IMG/VR virus record: IMGVR_UViG_3300028654_000009
Direction: 5' to 3' (one strand)
From: a virus
Length of the DNA: 64,000 bases
The translations under genes were made by a program, and so were the position numbers. The notes under the pieces were generated by a model. That model had not been told where the DNA came from. It ran no database searches and saw nothing but the letters and a program-made list of their open reading frames with translations. Positions 59,833-64,000 of this stretch are shown piece by piece (the first letter of the stretch is position 1; each line of letters begins with the position of its first letter).

Positions 59833-62421
59833 GTGAGCGATCAGAGCAAAACAATCAAAATCGGCGTTGCGATGGACGAGCAGGCCGCCCGGCGCACCGA
59901 GCGGACCCTCAACGATTTGATGCGGGCAGCCGAGAAGACCGGCTCGGCCTTCGCGGGGCTCCAAAGGAGCATGAATGGCGGGAGCGGGGGCAGCTTCACG
60001 GCGAACAAGACCGTTCCGGGTGTGGCCGGCGGACCCGGTAGCCAGTTCGCCGCAAAGACGGCCACAGCTCGGGGAGGCATCTTCGGGAACCTCCTCGGCG
60101 TCCAGGACACGGGGGCCATGCGCGGGCTGGTTTCGGGGACTCAGTCGGCATTTTCTTCTATCGGGACCGGCGTCAAGTCGTTCGTAGACCGGGCAATAGG
60201 AGATATTGGTCGACTATCGAGGGCAATTGCTGGGCTGGGGGCGGCTGGTGGTGGAGCTGGTGGTGGAGCTGGTGGGGGCGGTGGCGGGGGCGGCAGCAGT
60301 GGGGGAACAGGAGGAGGCAGTGGGCGGGGGCGACGGGGGACGGGGGTCATAGGCGGAATCAATGCGGCGAATGCTCTGGTTGGCGGCAACGTTATGGGAT
60401 TCCTGCAGTCCGGGGCCGGTACTTTGGGTCTGGCTGGGGCAGCTCTCTACGGCGGTTTCAAGCTCGGAGAAACTGTCAATACAGTGGTCTCGGGCGAACG
60501 CCAGGCGCGCATCGACTACACCACCGGAGACCCCTTCGCTGTCATGAGCCGCAAGGTGGCCATGGCGCAGCCGTTCCTGCAAATGCACGGAGCTGTCCAA
60601 GGCCGTGACGTATCCTCAATGTACGCCTTTCAGCGAGCAATGGCCAACAAGGGATTGCAAAAATCCCTCAACCAGATTGACCTTCGTACCGAGAGAGAGA
60701 TGCGGGGGATCGGGGCCGGCACGGCAACGTACGGTATAAAAAGCGGTATCAATGCGCTGAGGGGCTACGTACCCTCCCACAATGGCGTCATGGACCTAGT
60801 GACCAGAGGGCTCAACCAGACCTGGAATACCCTCAGCGGAGGCATGTGGGGAAAGGCTGTTTCAGCCGGTGGCTCCTATCTCAACAATACTGAGGGAACC
60901 ACTTCGGAAACCAAATTCGACCTAGAGCGCAAAGCTGCCCTAAACAACGTGGACGCCCAGTCGGCTGCACAGATGTCGGCCGCTATGGCCGCAGAGCGCG
61001 CGTTGATGAACCCAGTAATCGCTGACCAAGCCAACAAGATTTACGGTGGGGCGATGGGGCGCGTAGGCGCTATGCGGTCGATGGGAATGTCAGCTGGAGA
61101 GGTCACCCGACGGGGGCCTAACGGCCAGACCTATACCACCTCCCGGTTTGAAGAGATGGAGGCCAAGCTCATGAAGGGTGGGTGGACACACGGAGACGCT
61201 TCTTCTAACTGGCAACAAACATTGGGAATCGGCGCTGGATATTCCAGGATCACAGGGGGCGGCGGCCCTAATCCAATGCTGGTTTCTGCGGGCATGGCCG
61301 GATTCACCAACGCGGCATCTTTGATTCGAGCCGGAGGGGCTATGACTGGTTCTGTGGCTGGAGCTGGGGCGATGTATCGCGCGGCGCAATCTTCTATGGG
61401 GACTGGCGGGCTCGACGTTGCAGTAGGAAGAGACCTGTTCGGTGAGGTGGCGTCTTCGGCTGCCGCTTCTGGCAACTACGGGGGCTCGTCGGCCGCACAG
61501 AATTACGCTTCTGCAGCTACCGGGTTGATAGGTGGGTCTGGAGCCGATGTTGGCGGCCAGCAGAGAATGGCAGGTCAACTCTCGGGAGGCATGAATGACT
61601 TCGGGGCATTCACGTCAGGGGCCAAAGCACCACTTTATAAGGCTACTTCTCTTATGGCTGCTATCGGAGCTATGGGCGGCTACTCTCTTGGGGCTGAAGA
61701 GCTTCGGCGCCTCGATCCGAAACAGCTCACCGCCATAGCCCGTGGAGAGAAGGGGGCTGTGTCCCCAGCTCTTGCTTCTTTGGGTATCACCCCAGAAATC
61801 GCCGCCAAGTATCTCAAGGCCTCCGGCTCTGCTCCTTTGATGGAGGTGAACGCTTCTCGTGTTGGAGGCTCGGCGGGGGCTGTCGTCGCCGCATACCAAA
61901 AGGAAGTATCGACAGGTGGTACTGTTCAGACCATGGTAGAAAAAGCGGTGGGTCCGAGAGGCCATAATGAGAAAGCCTCCGACTACGCCAAGCGACGCTG
62001 GGCAAAGGTCCAAGAGATTACTGGACAGCTTGGCGCCGCCGCTCACGCCGCAGGGCTTGCCACTTCACTTGAGAGCGGTGCGGGTATGTTTTTGGGGCAA
62101 TTTACTCAATCCAAAGGCTGGGCGTCCGCACTCCACGGCAAGGGCGTAGGTGCTGCGGCTCCGACTGGGCTCGAAAAGGAGGCGCTTACAAAAACAGCAG
62201 AAGTGGTGGCTGACGACGGCAAGCAGGCTAAGGGCGCAGCTGACATCATCAAGAACGTCGATCCTCTAGCTCTCAGGAAAAAGGCGGCTGGCAGTGTGGC
62301 TTTGCTCGGGTCCGAAAGCTATGGGGCTGGTATCAACGGCTCGGTAGGCGCCCTCATCGGGGCGCTACAGGCGTTCGCGAAGGAAATTTCGAAGGACACT
62401 GGCCTCCAGAAGGTGAAGTAA
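59833..62421 (+). CDS. tape measure-like protein
   Basis: 862 aa, A/G/M-rich helical; follows chaperones and precedes hub-like gene. Confidence 0.75.
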   Translation: MSDQSKTIKIGVAMDEQAARRTERTLNDLMRAAEKTGSAFAGLQRSMNGGSGGSFTANKTVPGVAGGPGSQFAAKTATARGGIFGNLLGVQDTGAMRGLVSGTQSAFSSIGTGVKSFVDRAIGDIGRLSRAIAGLGAAGGGAGGGAGGGGGGGGSSGGTGGGSGRGRRGTGVIGGINAANALVGGNVMGFLQSGAGTLGLAGAALYGGFKLGETVNTVVSGERQARIDYTTGDPFAVMSRKVAMAQPFLQMHGAVQGRDVSSMYAFQRAMANKGLQKSLNQIDLRTEREMRGIGAGTATYGIKSGINALRGYVPSHNGVMDLVTRGLNQTWNTLSGGMWGKAVSAGGSYLNNTEGTTSETKFDLERKAALNNVDAQSAAQMSAAMAAERALMNPVIADQANKIYGGAMGRVGAMRSMGMSAGEVTRRGPNGQTYTTSRFEEMEAKLMKGGWTHGDASSNWQQTLGIGAGYSRITGGGGPNPMLVSAGMAGFTNAASLIRAGGAMTGSVAGAGAMYRAAQSSMGTGGLDVAVGRDLFGEVASSAAASGNYGGSSAAQNYASAATGLIGGSGADVGGQQRMAGQLSGGMNDFGAFTSGAKAPLYKATSLMAAIGAMGGYSLGAEELRRLDPKQLTAIARGEKGAVSPALASLGITPEIAAKYLKASGSAPLMEVNASRVGGSAGAVVAAYQKEVSTGGTVQTMVEKAVGPRGHNEKASDYAKRRWAKVQEITGQLGAAAHAAGLATSLESGAGMFLGQFTQSKGWASALHGKGVGAAAPTGLEKEALTKTAEVVADDGKQAKGAADIIKNVDPLALRKKAAGSVALLGSESYGAGINGSVGALIGALQAFAKEISKDTGLQKVK

Positions 62422-64000
62422 TGGCCTCCAAAGCTGCGCGCTATGATTTGATTCGGGAGTACCAGGCCTCCCTGAAGGACGACCTCAATGGAGTCAGCGA
62501 CCAGAGGTACATCTCACTGTCGCCAGCGTGGCTGATCGCTGTCATTCGGTTAGGGAAGCCTATCAGCTTTTCTCGACGCGAGTACAAGAGCGTAGGAGAC
62601 GTCAAAGAAGGCGCGTTCACCCGGAACGATATCCCCCTGCTGATTGACGAAGACTGCGTCCAGCTGTCGATCAGTAACCCCAAGGGCAGCCACACCAAAC
62701 ACCTGAATGCGACTCTCAAGAACTCTGGCACCAACTACCTAAACCAAGACGTACTGCTGCCAGGCGATTGGGTGATGGCCTGGATGTTCAATAACCGGGA
62801 AGACCTGTCTCGCATCAGGCAGCAGGTTTTGGACCGCAAGCCTTGCAACAACTTCACCGACGGACTCAAGTTCGTAGGCCGGGCCCACTCGATTCGCAAG
62901 CACATATCTGTGTCAGCCGAGGGCCAACGTGACTCCGGGTTTTCTCTGCAGTGTGTTGGTTTCGAAGAATTGGACAGCAACTTCTTTTATGACATGGCGC
63001 TGGCCACCAGCGCTGGCGTAAGCAACGAAATCTCTCTCTTCATGGCCCAACTTGGGCTCGACTTTAGTAAGTGGGCGAACCAGGAAGAACAGGCCGCAGG
63101 CGTTCTCAAAGACAACGCTGACCGACTAATTGAGACGATGATTGATACCATTGTCGGCAAGGGCGTGTCTGCAGAGGTCAACGCCCCAATCGAAGAGGGC
63201 GCAGCCCGTGCACACGCGCTAGACTCTTCGGCGACCTCGGGATTCTCGGAACTAAAGATAGCTCCACAGGCCAACAAAGAGGCGCCTTACGCCTACCTGG
63301 TCCCCCGGGACGTGGGCTCACTTTTGGGCCTCAGCACCATCGAGGCAACGAAGTCCGGCATCTATGGTTACGCCGATATTCTGGAAACGCTCATCGGGGT
63401 CCAGAAGTACGACCCGAGCGTCAACAACGCCTCGGGGATCTTCGTGCCCGCCTTGTTCTATCCCGAGGTCACCGGCACACAGTCTCGACGCAGGACCGAC
63501 ATCAAGCTGAAGGGCACCTTCTTGCCCGTCAATCCGTCGTTCGTCAATAGACCTCTGTGGACCTTGCTACAGCAATTCCTAAACGACACCATCAATGAGA
63601 TGTATACTGCCCTGAAAGTGAACCCTGACGGGGCGGTGGTGCCCACCGTGGTTGTCAGGCAGATTCCTTTCACGACCGAGTCCCTGGTGGAGCGCCCCGA
63701 GTTCCCTGTCACGCGGTTTATGGAGCTGCCCAGGTGGGTTGTCTCCCCCACCATGATTTGGAACATTGATGTGGGAAGGTCCAACGCGACACGAGCCAAC
63801 ATGATCCATGTCTACGGAGAGGCCACCACATCGGGGACCTCCATCGGGGACGTCACGACCCAAATGGTCCGCAACCCACCCATTTTTGACAGCACGGATA
63901 TCCAGCGCTCGGGCATCCACGCCATGATGAAGACTGTGAACTGTGCCCTGGAAGACGCCCAGCGCACCGATGGCGCACGAATCTGGATGGAGGCCATCGC
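62421..64000 (+). CDS. probable baseplate hub protein (runs off window)
   Basis: TAATG-coupled ORF MASKAARYDL... with no stop seen; DCVQLSISNPK, PGDWVMAWM, GLKFVG, INEMYTAL, VVVRQIPF. Confidence 0.65.
   Translation, partial: MASKAARYDLIREYQASLKDDLNGVSDQRYISLSPAWLIAVIRLGKPISFSRREYKSVGDVKEGAFTRNDIPLLIDEDCVQLSISNPKGSHTKHLNATLKNSGTNYLNQDVLLPGDWVMAWMFNNREDLSRIRQQVLDRKPCNNFTDGLKFVGRAHSIRKHISVSAEGQRDSGFSLQCVGFEELDSNFFYDMALATSAGVSNEISLFMAQLGLDFSKWANQEEQAAGVLKDNADRLIETMIDTIVGKGVSAEVNAPIEEGAARAHALDSSATSGFSELKIAPQANKEAPYAYLVPRDVGSLLGLSTIEATKSGIYGYADILETLIGVQKYDPSVNNASGIFVPALFYPEVTGTQSRRRTDIKLKGTFLPVNPSFVNRPLWTLLQQFLNDTINEMYTALKVNPDGAVVPTVVVRQIPFTTESLVERPEFPVTRFMELPRWVVSPTMIWNIDVGRSNATRANMIHVYGEATTSGTSIGDVTTQMVRNPPIFDSTDIQRSGIHAMMKTVNCALEDAQRTDGARIWMEAI

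Noticed and set aside
60236-60345. G-rich repeat as a regulatory element
   Set aside because: Explained by a poly-Gly linker in the tape measure protein
1-64000. Stop-codon reassignment
   Set aside because: Long genes are intact under the standard code and all three stop codons terminate tightly packed genes

Overview
The window is a 64-kb internal segment of a large contractile-tailed (myovirus/jumbo-type) phage genome. The host may be myxobacterial, an inference from the ACGG-type lipoproteins and kelch-rich proteins. Tail and baseplate genes (tape measure, hub, spike, gp25/LysM fusion, two giant kelch-bearing baseplate proteins, tube-like protein, chaperones, repeat-rich fibres, lysozyme) are split into many small units rather than one block, and these are interleaved antiparallel with islets of small early-type genes. 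The strongest signal is regulatory. (1) AATCTT lies 5-6 nt before the start codon of the first gene of almost every structural unit (14 exact copies plus 2 variants), implying a late promoter that gives leaderless mRNAs. (2) There are 13 sigma70-like early promoters, 12 of them with a 16-bp spacer. (3) At six sites the two promoter types sit back-to-back, 4-5 bp apart. (4) The layout is mirror-symmetric about a palindromic double late promoter at about 44,547. Also present are a ~115-nt structured RNA candidate, tandem L7/L12-CTD/ClpS-fold paralogs, an Acb2/Tad1-like candidate, Dam-like and Mom-like modifiers, an RlaP-like nucleotidyltransferase, a BCS1-like AAA ATPase, late glycosyltransferase and C39 peptidase genes, and traces of cassette shuffling. 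No CRISPR array, canonical tRNA, rRNA or transposase was seen. All functional calls come from motif recognition by eye; no database searches were run.
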